A stretch of 64,000 nucleotides of DNA. It comes from a virus. Lineage: Duplodnaviria > Caudoviricetes. The notes below the pieces were generated by a model. That model had not been told where the DNA came from. It did not search any database and saw only the letters and a list, made by a program, of their open reading frames with translations. The position numbers and the translations under genes were made by a program. Within the stretch, counting starts at the first letter, position 1. Every line of letters begins with the position of its first letter. The stretch spans positions 935-64,934 of the IMG/VR virus record IMGVR_UViG_3300024249_000001. One strand, given 5' to 3'. Positions 27,346-37,419 of the stretch are shown here, piece by piece.

Positions 27346-29319
27346 ATGGGACTCACCCTCGCCGCGCCCCGTCAGGACTTCTACGACCTCCCGCCGCTGG
27401 TTTATGACGAGGAGAAGCCCGGCACGCGGGACTTCGAGATCCTCGCCTGGTGCGACGAGCGGCTCCGCCGCGGCATACGATTTGTAGAGAGCCAAGTCGG
27501 ATACGACAAAATCGAGGGCGCGATTAAGGAGATCTTCGCGTATGAGAACTCGAACACCACCTCTTACGCCCCGGTCCCGCTGCGCTCGAACGTCAGCGTC
27601 ACCCGGGCGAACTTCGTCGCCAAGATCGCCGAGGACCTGACAGCGCAGCTCACCGACACTCGCTACTTCTGGAACTACTCGACCGAGAACGCCAAGTACC
27701 AGCCGCAAGCTCGCATATCGAACAAGTCCGCCGAGCGCTGGTACGCGGACCGGCAGATCGCCCTGCGGATCGGCGACGTGATCCGTTACTACACCGTCGC
27801 CGGGACCGGCTTCGCGCATCTCTACTACTCCCGCCGGATCCAGGACATGATGGTCGAGGCGGAGGACCCGCGGAACGTCTTCCCGATCGATCCGCTCTCT
27901 TACCACACGGTGCAAGATAGCCTGGGGATCATCCTGCGCCGACCACGCACGCCGGACTGGGTGAAGGAAGAGTACGACAAGACCGTCCGGCCGGACGTGG
28001 GAGGTCCTGGGACATTCTTCGGCTGGCTCACCCGGATCATCGACGGCCCTGGGGAACGCGGCGGGCCGCTCTCGAAGAAGTCCCGCGCGGACTCTCCCAT
28101 TCCGCACTCGGATACGGTCTACGTCAACACGATGTACCTCACGGACAACAGGCTCAACACGAGCGGGCGCACCGTGCGCATGGGCAAGTGGGAGGACGAC
28201 AAGCCATCCACGCCTTGGAGCTACGAGGTCCCCAAGGGCGCGCCGCTTTATCCGTTCAAGCGCATGATCGTCTGGGGCGGCGGCGCGAAGCTCTACGACG
28301 GCCCGAGTCCGTACTGGCACGCGAAGTTCCCGGTGATCAAGCTCACGCTGAATCCCTGGCCGATGAGCTGGTTCGGCAAAGCCCCCTTATGGGACTGTAT
28401 TCCTTTGCAGAATTCCATCAACTCGAACCTCCAGGTGATCGACACGCACAATCGGCAGGTCGCGCAGCCGGGGATGGTCGCAGATCGGAATGTCTCCCAG
28501 GCGGAGATCCGGAAGATGGACACCTCCGCTCCCGGGTACAAGATCAAGACGAACATGGCCAGCGGCAAGGGGATCACGATTGTCAATCCGCCGCCGCTCG
28601 ACGCGATGATCATGACCGCGATCCAGTTCGCCCAGGACCTGATGCAGAAGCTCTCCGGAGTGGCTGACCCGGGGACCATGGCGAACCTGGGGCAGATTCC
28701 CTCCGACGACACGATTGACACGCTGATGAAGGCGATGACGCCCTCGAACCGGCTGAGGTCAAGGATCCTGGAGGGATTCTATACGGAATTTGCTGAGCAG
28801 TATCTGTACTGTCATTGGGAGTGGGACACGCTCTCGAAGAGGCTCGCGCAGTTCGGCCCCGCCGGCGCGCTCAAGGAGGATTTCGATTACGATCCGAAAG
28901 TGGGGATTCCCGACGACGTCCCGGACGGTGATCCCGGGGATATCGCATCGACCGAGGACGCGCTCGGCACGGACAATCCCCGCCCGCTCTACCAGCGCGC
29001 CCGGGCGATGCTCCAGAGCTTCGTGTGCAAGTTCGACCCGAGTTCGCTGCTGAACTCCGCCGCGCAGCAGGAACTGATGAAGTATTTTCTGCTCGCCAAG
29101 ATGGGCTACGTTTCTGTGTTCACGCTCCTAGATAAGATGGGCGTGCAGAATTTCGCCCCGCCCGGGCTCTCCGTGCCGGACGATGAGATCGGGCGGCTCG
29201 CGCTCCAGCAGTCACTTGGGATCGGCATGATCGCGAATGCCCAGGGGCGGAAGGCGACGGATTCTGCGCCGCCGTCGCTTGGGGAGAACTCCGCCGGGCC
29301 GACCATCCAGACCAGCTAG
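27346..29319 (+). CDS. portal protein (P22-like)
   Basis: Follows terL; 657 aa; PYWHAKFPVIKL, PLQNSIN..L and DR...Q motifs typical of podoviral portals. Confidence 0.85.
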   Translation: MGLTLAAPRQDFYDLPPLVYDEEKPGTRDFEILAWCDERLRRGIRFVESQVGYDKIEGAIKEIFAYENSNTTSYAPVPLRSNVSVTRANFVAKIAEDLTAQLTDTRYFWNYSTENAKYQPQARISNKSAERWYADRQIALRIGDVIRYYTVAGTGFAHLYYSRRIQDMMVEAEDPRNVFPIDPLSYHTVQDSLGIILRRPRTPDWVKEEYDKTVRPDVGGPGTFFGWLTRIIDGPGERGGPLSKKSRADSPIPHSDTVYVNTMYLTDNRLNTSGRTVRMGKWEDDKPSTPWSYEVPKGAPLYPFKRMIVWGGGAKLYDGPSPYWHAKFPVIKLTLNPWPMSWFGKAPLWDCIPLQNSINSNLQVIDTHNRQVAQPGMVADRNVSQAEIRKMDTSAPGYKIKTNMASGKGITIVNPPPLDAMIMTAIQFAQDLMQKLSGVADPGTMANLGQIPSDDTIDTLMKAMTPSNRLRSRILEGFYTEFAEQYLYCHWEWDTLSKRLAQFGPAGALKEDFDYDPKVGIPDDVPDGDPGDIASTEDALGTDNPRPLYQRARAMLQSFVCKFDPSSLLNSAAQQELMKYFLLAKMGYVSVFTLLDKMGVQNFAPPGLSVPDDEIGRLALQQSLGIGMIANAQGRKATDSAPPSLGENSAGPTIQTS

Positions 29320-29357
29320 GATCGCACGTTGTATTTCCTGTCCTCTCAACAACTTAG

Positions 29358-29386
29358 TTGACTTCCCCCCGGATTGCCCGTATTAT
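29358..29386 (+). promoter_or_regulatory. sigma70-type promoter for the head genes
   Basis: TTGACT-N17-TATTAT, 8 nt before the ATG at 29395. Confidence 0.7.
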
Positions 29387-29394
29387 TTCTGCTA

Positions 29395-29631
29395 ATGGCT
29401 CTCGTCGGTTCCATAACTGCCGGACACACGAACGATCCCGGGATGAACGAGCCGCTCCAAGGCTCCCGCAAGGCCGCGCTCGGCCCCGGACAGGGGACCA
29501 TGGGCAGGAAGCTCCGCGGGGATTCGACGCTGTTCGGGCGGAAGCACTCGGGATCCGGCGGCAAACTCGGCAAGACTTCTCAACTCTCCGCAGGTCTCTC
29601 CAGACTGCGTGGCAAAGGGGCACTCGCATAA
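29395..29631 (+). CDS. small basic protein
   Basis: Promoter directly upstream; TAATG coupling downstream. Confidence 0.55.
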   Translation: MALVGSITAGHTNDPGMNEPLQGSRKAALGPGQGTMGRKLRGDSTLFGRKHSGSGGKLGKTSQLSAGLSRLRGKGALA

Positions 29632-29735
29632 TGGCAAAAAAGAAAATGGACGAGAAAGCCGAGCACGGAATGGGCAAGAAGGAAAAGTCCGGCAAGAACC
29701 CGTTCGCGAAGGCTAAGGGCGGGATGAAGAAGTAA
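29631..29735 (+). CDS. 34-aa Lys-rich protein (MAKKKMDEK...)
   Basis: TAATG coupling. Confidence 0.55.
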   Translation: MAKKKMDEKAEHGMGKKEKSGKNPFAKAKGGMKK

Positions 29736-29736
29736 G

Positions 29737-29913
29737 ATGGCCCACGGACGCAAGTCGGAGAAGGCATCGACCATGGGCGGGCGCGGCGGAAAGGCTCGCG
29801 GTCCGCAGATGACACGGAAGAGCACGGGCTTCGGTGCGCGGGTCGCTGCTCCCGGATCAAAACGCAAGAGTGCGCCCGGACTTGAGGGACCGCACGAGGG
29901 ATTTAAACCGTAA
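29737..29913 (+). CDS. small basic protein (MAHGRKSEK...)
   Basis: Read manually; coupled to the next ATG. Confidence 0.5.
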   Translation: MAHGRKSEKASTMGGRGGKARGPQMTRKSTGFGARVAAPGSKRKSAPGLEGPHEGFKP

Positions 29914-30296
29914 TGTCACCAAGTCCTGGAGCATCCGCCGCTCCGCTGCCTCCGCTGCCTGATCTTGGATCGGCTAGTGGAACCGGCGGCGGCCAAACCG
30001 GCGGACCGCCTCCAGGATTGATGTCAGCGCTTGTGAGCGGGATCGCTCCAGTGAAAAACGGAGTGGATGGAATTTTACAGGCGTGCAGGGCGATCGTCCA
30101 GAGCGGCGCGGTCCCGGGCGCGGAACAGATCTGCGGCCAGATCGTCGCGCTCGCCACGTCGCTGCTCCCGATGGCCGCGCAGTCCGCGCTCCAGCCGGGT
30201 GGTGCGCAGGGCGTCGGGGCGATTCCAGGAGTCGGCGCACCAGGACCCGCTCCAGCCGGACCGGGCGGCCCACCGGCGCCCATGGCCGGACAGTAG
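29913..30296 (+). CDS. Pro/Gly-rich hypothetical head-associated protein
   Basis: Lies between portal and scaffold genes. Confidence 0.65.
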   Translation: MSPSPGASAAPLPPLPDLGSASGTGGGQTGGPPPGLMSALVSGIAPVKNGVDGILQACRAIVQSGAVPGAEQICGQIVALATSLLPMAAQSALQPGGAQGVGAIPGVGAPGPAPAGPGGPPAPMAGQ

Positions 30297-30305
30297 GAAG
30301 GATTT

Positions 30306-31130
30306 ATGACAAGAGACGAGTTTATTGCTTACATGACCAACGGACTGGACGCGGACTCCGCACAGACCGTCCGCGAGTCGATCCAGGCGGCGTTCAAGAA
30401 CTCAGTGGTGGCCAGCCGCGCCGAACAGCTAAAAGGCGCATCCGAATGGGACGCGCTCGCTAAACGCGAGGCGGATCTCAAGGCCGAACTGGAGGGTGGT
30501 CCCGAGAAGCCCGGCGCGAAAGCTTACCAGGAGTGGTACGCCAAGAACTACCCCGCCGTACAGAAGCTCATGCAGGACAAGGCGGCCCTGGAGGCGAAAT
30601 ACGGCACGCTCGACGCGCCCAAGGGAGACGTCAAGGTGGACGACAAGAAAGTCGATGATAAGTCTCTCGCGGGACTGAGCGCCGCCGATGTCGCGAAGCT
30701 GGTGGACGAGCGGATTCAGGGCGGCTACGCCGATCGCTGGTCGAATCTGCTCACCGGGATGGGCGGAGTGGTCCAGCGTCACGTCTTTGCTGGACGTAAG
30801 ACCCCGATTGATATGAAGAAACTCGCGGAACTTGCGGCTGCTAACGGCGGAGATCTGGATCGCGCTTACGACGAGTACGACAAGCCGGAACGCGAAGCTG
30901 CGGCCAAGATCGACGAAGAGAAGCGCATCAACCAGCGCGTGAACGAAGAGCTTCAAAAGCGCGGAGCGCACGCGAACTTCCCGGCCGGTGCGGACGCGAC
31001 TCCCGGGACACTCTCCCGCGACCGCGATGCCAGCAAATTCGATCGCGGTGCCATGGAGCGCGATCTGGTCAACACATTTATCTCAGGCGAAGAAGGCGGC
31101 GGTAAGCTGACCGGCTTCGGCGTGAATTAA
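30306..31130 (+). CDS. capsid scaffolding protein (putative)
   Basis: Helical and charged; lies upstream of the capsid gene; GGAAGGA SD. Confidence 0.65.
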   Translation: MTRDEFIAYMTNGLDADSAQTVRESIQAAFKNSVVASRAEQLKGASEWDALAKREADLKAELEGGPEKPGAKAYQEWYAKNYPAVQKLMQDKAALEAKYGTLDAPKGDVKVDDKKVDDKSLAGLSAADVAKLVDERIQGGYADRWSNLLTGMGGVVQRHVFAGRKTPIDMKKLAELAAANGGDLDRAYDEYDKPEREAAAKIDEEKRINQRVNEELQKRGAHANFPAGADATPGTLSRDRDASKFDRGAMERDLVNTFISGEEGGGKLTGFGVN

Positions 31131-31627
31131 TGCTCGAACGATTCCAAGACGACGCTCCGGGCGAGATGGAACGCAGGCGGAAGATCGCCGCAGCGCGGAC
31201 CATGCACGGCCATCGTATCATGCCGAAGGGCAGTGCAGAGTATCGCACCTGGACGGCTTGGGTTTGGATGCGTCGTCGATGTCTCGACGCAAAGCTGCCG
31301 GACTTTCATCGGTACGGCGGTCGTGGTATTAGATTTGATCTTGCGTGGAACGACTACGTGCAGTTCCTGGCGGATATGGGATTGGCCCCTGCGGGCAAGT
31401 CCTTGGACCGCATCGACAACATGGGCAACTATGAGCCGGGGAACTGCAAGTGGTCAACTAAGCAAGAGCAGGCTCGCAACCGACGTTCGAGTCATTTGAT
31501 TGTGATTGAGGGGCAAGAGAAAACCCTGGCTGAATGGTCCGAAATCTCCGGTGTACAGTCTTCGACTATCCGGGCGAGGATCAAATACGGGATGTCAGGT
31601 AACGCTTTAATACTTCCCGTTAAGTAA
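31130..31627 (+). mobile_element. free-standing HNH homing endonuclease
   Basis: RRC...YGGRGI...SLDRIDNMGNYEPGNCKWST..EQARN. Confidence 0.85.
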
Positions 31628-31647
31628 CTGATTCAAGGAGGTTTACC

Positions 31648-32826
31648 GTGCCAGATACGGCCACACAAATAACTGTAACGACCCGCAGGTACATCGACAC
31701 CAACCCGCAGTTGCGCGACTTGGTGTTCAACCACGACCCAATGATGTCCATGATCGGCGAGGAATGTCACGACGAGATCGAGGGCGGGTCGAGCTGGAAC
31801 GACAATATCGAATACGACGTGCAGGACGGCGGGCCGTATTCGAAGGGTCAGGACCTCCCGGCGGACCAGCGTCAGATCGAGCAGCAGCTCCGGTTCGATC
31901 CGAAGTACAACACCATCATGATCCCGTTTTACAAAGAGGACATCAAGGTGCTGAACGTGGGACCGCTCGCGGTGGTCAAGCTGGTCGAAGAGCGCGTGGA
32001 CGCGGCGTTTATTCAGCTCGGGGCGCAGGCGGCGCTGCAGATGTATCTCCAGGGGCAGACCGGGAACTTCGTCAAGTTCCCCAACGGGCTGCTGGAGGCG
32101 ATCTCGGACGGGGTCAACCCCGGCTGGGACGGCTCGACGTACCCGATCTACGGCACCCTCACCCGGAGTCTCTACGGCGGCAGGATGCTGAGTCCGAAGC
32201 CGTTCAACTTCGCCGGGGGCGCCATCACGCTCCCGATCATGGAGACACTCTATCAGAGCGTGAACTATGGCTCCGGCAAGTACGAGATCAACGTGATCGG
32301 CACCACGCCCACGGGATTCGGCTTCATCCGCAATAACTACCAGACCCAGCAGCGGTTCCAGAACGTCTCAGTGGGGAAGGCAGGATTCCGCGGGCTGGAA
32401 TACAACGGCGCAAGTATCATGGCCTCGCGCTACGCGCCCGGCAGCTATCTGATGAATCCGGCAAATGGTGTCGCCCCCACGACTCCTCCGGCCGCTGCGA
32501 ACGGGACCAACGACCGAGTTGCAGTGCGTATGTTCAGCTACGCGACCTCCGGCGGCGTAACCGCGTATCCGGCCCCTGCCACCATGTTCGGCAACGGCGC
32601 GGGCGGCGGGTCGAGCGTCTTCGGCGAGACCATCTGGTTCATGAACATCCGGAAGCCGATGGTGAAGTACCGCACCAGCAAGAGCAAGCCCTTCGACGGC
32701 TCGCTCGACGACGATGGGTTCATCCCTTCGGCAGGCAATACGAAACTCGTGGGGAAGGTCCTGCTCGCGCAGAACTTCACCTTCCTCCCAGGATATTTTG
32801 CATACGGTTACAACTTCCAGTCCTAA
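31648..32826 (+). CDS. major capsid protein
   Basis: AAGGAGG SD; 392 aa; position and family pattern (FNHDP, GGSSW, FPNGL). Confidence 0.8.
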   Translation: MPDTATQITVTTRRYIDTNPQLRDLVFNHDPMMSMIGEECHDEIEGGSSWNDNIEYDVQDGGPYSKGQDLPADQRQIEQQLRFDPKYNTIMIPFYKEDIKVLNVGPLAVVKLVEERVDAAFIQLGAQAALQMYLQGQTGNFVKFPNGLLEAISDGVNPGWDGSTYPIYGTLTRSLYGGRMLSPKPFNFAGGAITLPIMETLYQSVNYGSGKYEINVIGTTPTGFGFIRNNYQTQQRFQNVSVGKAGFRGLEYNGASIMASRYAPGSYLMNPANGVAPTTPPAAANGTNDRVAVRMFSYATSGGVTAYPAPATMFGNGAGGGSSVFGETIWFMNIRKPMVKYRTSKSKPFDGSLDDDGFIPSAGNTKLVGKVLLAQNFTFLPGYFAYGYNFQS

Positions 32827-32854
32827 GGCATGACAAGGAGATAGGAGACATTCA

Positions 32855-33469
32855 ATGGCACAGGTCTACAAGCGAATTGCAAATCCTTACATGCCGCAAG
32901 GCACGCCGGACAAGACAAATGCGAAGTCCCCGTACTACGCCCCCGGCGAACTCGGCTGTTACTTCAACGACGAAAACACCGGGAACCAGTACCTGCGCGT
33001 CCAGGTGGATTCCGGCGCGACGTCGAGCACCGGCATCGGCCACACGCCGCAGATCGGCGAGGTGATGTACTGGAAGTCGGTGGCAAACGCGATCGTGACC
33101 AACGACAAAGCCCAGTGCGATCTCGGCGCGACCGCGGCGCCCAACCGGATCGCGGGAGTGGTCGGCCCCACGGCTCCTACGGTCACCCCGAATACCAACG
33201 GCGACGACGGCGCCCCGCTGATGTACATGACGGATCTGATCGTCAAGACCGGCCCGACGCCCGGATATGTGCAATGCTCCGGCGCGCCCACGGCCGGGCA
33301 GACGGCGTCCGGCAATACTAGCGCGAACACGGCCAACACCGTCGCGACCGCAGCCGGGACCGCGACTCCCTCCGAGATCGTCGGAGTCTTTACGGGTGGC
33401 GCGAGCGTCACGCCCACCGGCTCGACCGTCACGTATCCCTGCGACATTAACATCGGCTTCGCCGACTAG
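32855..33469 (+). CDS. capsid decoration/cement protein (putative)
   Basis: Immediately after the capsid gene; GELG..F...G..Y motif. Confidence 0.6.
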   Translation: MAQVYKRIANPYMPQGTPDKTNAKSPYYAPGELGCYFNDENTGNQYLRVQVDSGATSSTGIGHTPQIGEVMYWKSVANAIVTNDKAQCDLGATAAPNRIAGVVGPTAPTVTPNTNGDDGAPLMYMTDLIVKTGPTPGYVQCSGAPTAGQTASGNTSANTANTVATAAGTATPSEIVGVFTGGASVTPTGSTVTYPCDINIGFAD

Positions 33470-33477
33470 GAGCAAAC

Positions 33478-33750
33478 ATGGCAGTCCAAACTGCAACGAC
33501 TGTTGGCAAGCGGCACGTCGCCGGGGATATGGTGTTCCGCGTGTACGTGATGGGGACAGTAGCGTCGGGAGATACGTTTGTCGTCCCGCAGTCCGGAATC
33601 GAGATCGTGGAGTTCATGCCCACGATCGCCACGGCGACCCCATCCGTCTCGGCAATTACGGAAGGCCCCGGAGACGCCACGGCCACGCTCACCTTTGTCA
33701 GCCAAGCATCCTGGACGGGGCGGATCGGCGTCTGGTCGCGGCGGGGCTGA
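33478..33750 (+). CDS. small virion protein (putative)
   Basis: AGGAG SD; beta-rich. Confidence 0.6.
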   Translation: MAVQTATTVGKRHVAGDMVFRVYVMGTVASGDTFVVPQSGIEIVEFMPTIATATPSVSAITEGPGDATATLTFVSQASWTGRIGVWSRRG

Positions 33751-33751
33751 T

Positions 33752-34303
33752 CTAATGCGAACAGCGCGTTCTACCTCGACCATACGGGAGTGCTTGCACT
33801 CCAGTCAATTCGAGCGAACGCTTCAATCGATTATGGTTTCCCGGCTTAAGCCCAAGTTGTTTGGTGATGCAGCGAAGGCTATGGCCCGCATCCCAAAGTT
33901 TTTTGACCTGCTGGGCTCGAATTTCGTCTATAGTTGGACGGTTGATCCAATCTACAATCTGGTCCAGCTTAGCTTGTTTATCTTTGGCGTAAAAACCAAC
34001 GCGCGACTGGAACACCTTGATACTTGCCGCTCGGGTGATATGCAGGACACGACATGGTTTTCTGTTTTGCATCCGGCGCACAGGCCATTCCGTCCACGCA
34101 ATACCAAGTGCAGTGAGAAAAGTTCCGCACAGATTCATCAAGATGGGATCGGTGTTCGTTACAGTGACGTAGTAAGACGTATGTTTACGCCCAGCAGATT
34201 GTTTGCGAAAGCTAACGGAACCCTCGCCGTCGAAAAAACCTCGCAGCCATCCAGCCATGTAAGATTTGGATTCATAGCGCGCCATACCATCTATAGTAAC
34301 CAA
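33752..34303 (-). mobile_element. free-standing LAGLIDADG homing endonuclease
   Basis: WLRGFFDGEGSVS motif; antisense to the structural operon; AT-richer. Confidence 0.85.
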
Positions 34304-34328
34304 TTTGATCCAATTATGGGGGTGGCAC

Positions 34329-34508
34329 TTGGCTGAGAAATGGATTCAAGGTGCCATAAAGAAGCCGGGCGCTCTCCACAAAGAACTTGGAGTACCGCAG
34401 GGCAAGAAGATCCCCGAGGGCAAGCTGAAGAAAGCCGAGCACGCCGGCGGGAAGCTGGGCAAGCGCGCCCGGCTCGCCGAGACGCTCAAGGGAATGCACA
34501 AGGGTTGA
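34329..34508 (+). CDS. small basic phage protein (AEKWIQGAIKKPGALHKELG...)
   Basis: TTG start; KPGALH..LG.P motif. Confidence 0.7.
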   Translation: MAEKWIQGAIKKPGALHKELGVPQGKKIPEGKLKKAEHAGGKLGKRARLAETLKGMHKG

Positions 34509-34531
34509 GCCCGTTTCCTCCGAACCTACGA

Positions 34532-34562
34532 CAGGTTGGTCTTAGACCCGCCTGCCTTTTTT
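34532..34562 (+). terminator. possible intrinsic terminator
   Basis: Imperfect hairpin CAGG..GGTC-tta-GACC..CCTG followed by T6. Confidence 0.4.
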
Positions 34563-34567
34563 AGCTT

Positions 34568-35845
34568 ATGGGTGACAACTTCAACTCGCTCTGGAACAGG
34601 CTCCAGAACCGCTGCGCCTGCGGACCGGTCCTCGCCCAGCAGATGATAAATGACAGTTGGCACACGCTCCAGGCGATGGAAGAGTGGAGCTGGCGGCGGA
34701 GGAGCTTTACTATCGCCCCGCCTGATCTCTATATCACCGGCACGGTGAGCACCAATGTCGCCGCGGGGAATCCGTTCCTGCTGACCGGAGTCGCGACCGC
34801 CTGGACTCCCCAGATGATCGGCCGTCAGATCCGCCTGGGCGGCCTGCTCTACCCGTACTACACCATCGTAGGCTGGCTCAGCGCGACCCAGATTCTGATC
34901 GACCAGCCCTGGGCCGGGGCGGATGTGGCGGATGTCACGTACCAGATCCTCCAGCTGTGGTTCCCGGTCCCGGAGGACTTCGGATACTTCTACCTGGCGG
35001 TGTCGATCAAAGACGCATATCGGATCTACACGGACTTGACCCAGGCGGAATTGGGACTGCTCGACCCCCAGCGGACCAACCAGGGCCAGACCTATGGGAT
35101 AGCGTTTTATGACTTCTCGCCCCAACTCGGCGGGATCGTCGGGCCAGTCGTGCCGGTCACCTCGCCGACGGATCCGACTCCAATCAGCACGACTTCGCTC
35201 GGGTTCAGCTACCCGGCGAACGCCACTTATGTGATCCAGGTCGTCGCGCCCGGAGTCTCCGGAACCGCGACCTTCGCGTGGCTCCGCGCCGGGCAAGTTG
35301 CGTTCCAGCCGGTCCAGGCCACCTCGGACCAGCCGATCGATCTCTCCGACGGGGTGCAGATCTACTGGCCCGACGGCGTGACCTACGTCGCCGGGGATCT
35401 GTTCGTAATCAACTGCGTCTCGCAGGTGAGCGGCGCCGTCCCGCGGTATGAGCTGTGGCCCGCCCCGACCTTCTCTGGCTATCTCTATCCGTGCATCTAC
35501 ATCGCCAAGGAATACGACGTCACGCAGCAGAATCCCACGCTCCCGCCGTTTGTCGCCAACCGCGGCGAGATCCTGCTGGAGATGACGCTGGAGAAATGTG
35601 CCATGCTCCCCAGCTACATGCAAGAGGGCGCGGGCACGCAGGCGAATCCCTATTATGACCTGAAGCTGGCCCAGATGCACCGGGCGCACTGGCAGGACAT
35701 GCTGATCGACTTCAGGAACAACGACCAGAACGTCGGGATCTCCGTGCTCGGCTACCAGAACCTCAGCTATGCCGGACCGTTCGCCGGACCATACGGGATC
35801 TTCTTCGATGGCGGTTACCAACAACAACACGCTCCGACTTTGTAG
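34568..35845 (+). CDS. head-tail adaptor/completion protein with an inserted beta domain
   Basis: Position; helical N- and C-termini typical of adaptors. Confidence 0.55.
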   Translation: MGDNFNSLWNRLQNRCACGPVLAQQMINDSWHTLQAMEEWSWRRRSFTIAPPDLYITGTVSTNVAAGNPFLLTGVATAWTPQMIGRQIRLGGLLYPYYTIVGWLSATQILIDQPWAGADVADVTYQILQLWFPVPEDFGYFYLAVSIKDAYRIYTDLTQAELGLLDPQRTNQGQTYGIAFYDFSPQLGGIVGPVVPVTSPTDPTPISTTSLGFSYPANATYVIQVVAPGVSGTATFAWLRAGQVAFQPVQATSDQPIDLSDGVQIYWPDGVTYVAGDLFVINCVSQVSGAVPRYELWPAPTFSGYLYPCIYIAKEYDVTQQNPTLPPFVANRGEILLEMTLEKCAMLPSYMQEGAGTQANPYYDLKLAQMHRAHWQDMLIDFRNNDQNVGISVLGYQNLSYAGPFAGPYGIFFDGGYQQQHAPTL

Positions 35846-35882
35846 CGTCTCGTGTTAAGATCGAACCCAAAGGAGTTCACCC

Positions 35883-36077
35883 ATGGCTGAAGAAGTGAAA
35901 GGCAAGACCGCATCCGGGCTAGAGGGCGCGGGCGCAGGATACAACGGCGGGAACGCTCCCACCTCGGCAGAACTGAAGGCCCCGGTCAAGATCTATCCCG
36001 GCGCGTCCAAGCTCCCCACGACCCCCGGCAAGGGACTGATCGAAGGTCCATGCTCGGGCAAGCCGGGCTACAAATAA
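35883..36077 (+). CDS. small hypothetical protein
   Basis: AAGGAG SD. Confidence 0.55.
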   Translation: MAEEVKGKTASGLEGAGAGYNGGNAPTSAELKAPVKIYPGASKLPTTPGKGLIEGPCSGKPGYK

Positions 36078-36087
36078 TCGCTAGAAT

Positions 36088-37419
36088 GTGCCTTACGCTC
36101 AGATCACCCTCGCGAACTTCATCGCCCAGCTGGGGACTAATCTCGACGACACTGCTGGGCTCTATTGGACCGACGCCGAAAAAACGTTCGCGGTCCAAGA
36201 GGGCCTCCGCGTCTTCGGGGCCGTCACAAGCTACTGGCGCACGCGCGGGGGATTCTCAACCTCTCCCGCCGCGACGTATTACGATCTCAGCGTAGTCCTC
36301 CCGACCCTGCGCACCCGCACCTGGACCCTCCAGCAGCTTACCCAGGAGATCCAATTCACGCTGCTAGAGGCCGCGAATGGAATCTCCGGCGCGGGAATGA
36401 GCGGGCAGGTCCAGATCCAGAACATCCTCCAGGCCATCCAACGCGCCCGGAACCGATTCGTGCTCGACTCCCGGCTCCCATACTCGGCAATCGTCGCGCC
36501 CCCGGGCGTCCCCCCGCCCAACGGGCTAGTGCAGTTCGACCAGTCGGTGATTTATCTTCACCGCGCGGCTTGGCAAGACTTCGGCTCGGGCGGCACTCCC
36601 GGCGCCTGGACGAATCTATGGCGCGAGGACGCCTGGCAGGTCGATCACGGCTCCCCGCGCTGGACGATCGAGCCCGGAAGTCCCGTGCAGTACTCCGAAG
36701 CAGAGCTCGCTCCGCTCCAGGTGCAACTCTCCCCTGCGCCGACCAACTCCGGAGCGCTGGAGATCCTCGGAATCCTCTCCAAGACGCTCGATCTCACCGA
36801 TCCCAACGAGACCTTCGGCATCCCGGACGAGTGGATCCACGCGGTGAAGTACGCCGCGCTCGCCGATCTCTTTGGCCCGAACTCCCAGATCTACGATCCG
36901 CTCCGCGCCCAATACTGCGAGACCCGGTACACACAAGCGCTCGATTTCGCCAAGTCCGCCCGGAGTCTCCTGCGCGTAATGGTGAACGGGGTGCCGCTCG
37001 GGATCGACTCGCTCGCCGCGCTCGACGCGGGCCAGCCGTTCTGGCGGAATCAAAGCGCAATGCCGAATCTCGCCGGCGTGCTCTACGACATCCTGGCGTT
37101 CTCCAGTCAGGTTCCAGGGAGCGCGGGCGTCACTTGCGACGTGGTCCAGTCCGCGCCCATCCCGATCGCGTCCTCCGACTTCATCCCGCTCGGCGAGGAA
37201 GATCTGGGCCCGCTCACGGACTACTGCACCCACATCCTGACCATCAAGTGCGGCGGGAAGGAGTTGTCGAGCACTATGGGCGATTACGATAACTTCGCCC
37301 GAGCCTGCGCCCAGCGCCTCGGGATCACGAAGGCTAAGGTCCGGATGCTGGAGCCGCTCTTCGGCATGGCAGGACGGGAATGGCAAGCGCGCCCAGACCG
37401 GATGGAGGCCGCGCGCTAA
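36088..37419 (+). CDS. head-tail adaptor-like virion protein
   Basis: Two adaptor-like units (YWTDAE... and IPDEWIHAVKY). Confidence 0.55.
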   Translation: MPYAQITLANFIAQLGTNLDDTAGLYWTDAEKTFAVQEGLRVFGAVTSYWRTRGGFSTSPAATYYDLSVVLPTLRTRTWTLQQLTQEIQFTLLEAANGISGAGMSGQVQIQNILQAIQRARNRFVLDSRLPYSAIVAPPGVPPPNGLVQFDQSVIYLHRAAWQDFGSGGTPGAWTNLWREDAWQVDHGSPRWTIEPGSPVQYSEAELAPLQVQLSPAPTNSGALEILGILSKTLDLTDPNETFGIPDEWIHAVKYAALADLFGPNSQIYDPLRAQYCETRYTQALDFAKSARSLLRVMVNGVPLGIDSLAALDAGQPFWRNQSAMPNLAGVLYDILAFSSQVPGSAGVTCDVVQSAPIPIASSDFIPLGEEDLGPLTDYCTHILTIKCGGKELSSTMGDYDNFARACAQRLGITKAKVRMLEPLFGMAGREWQARPDRMEAAR

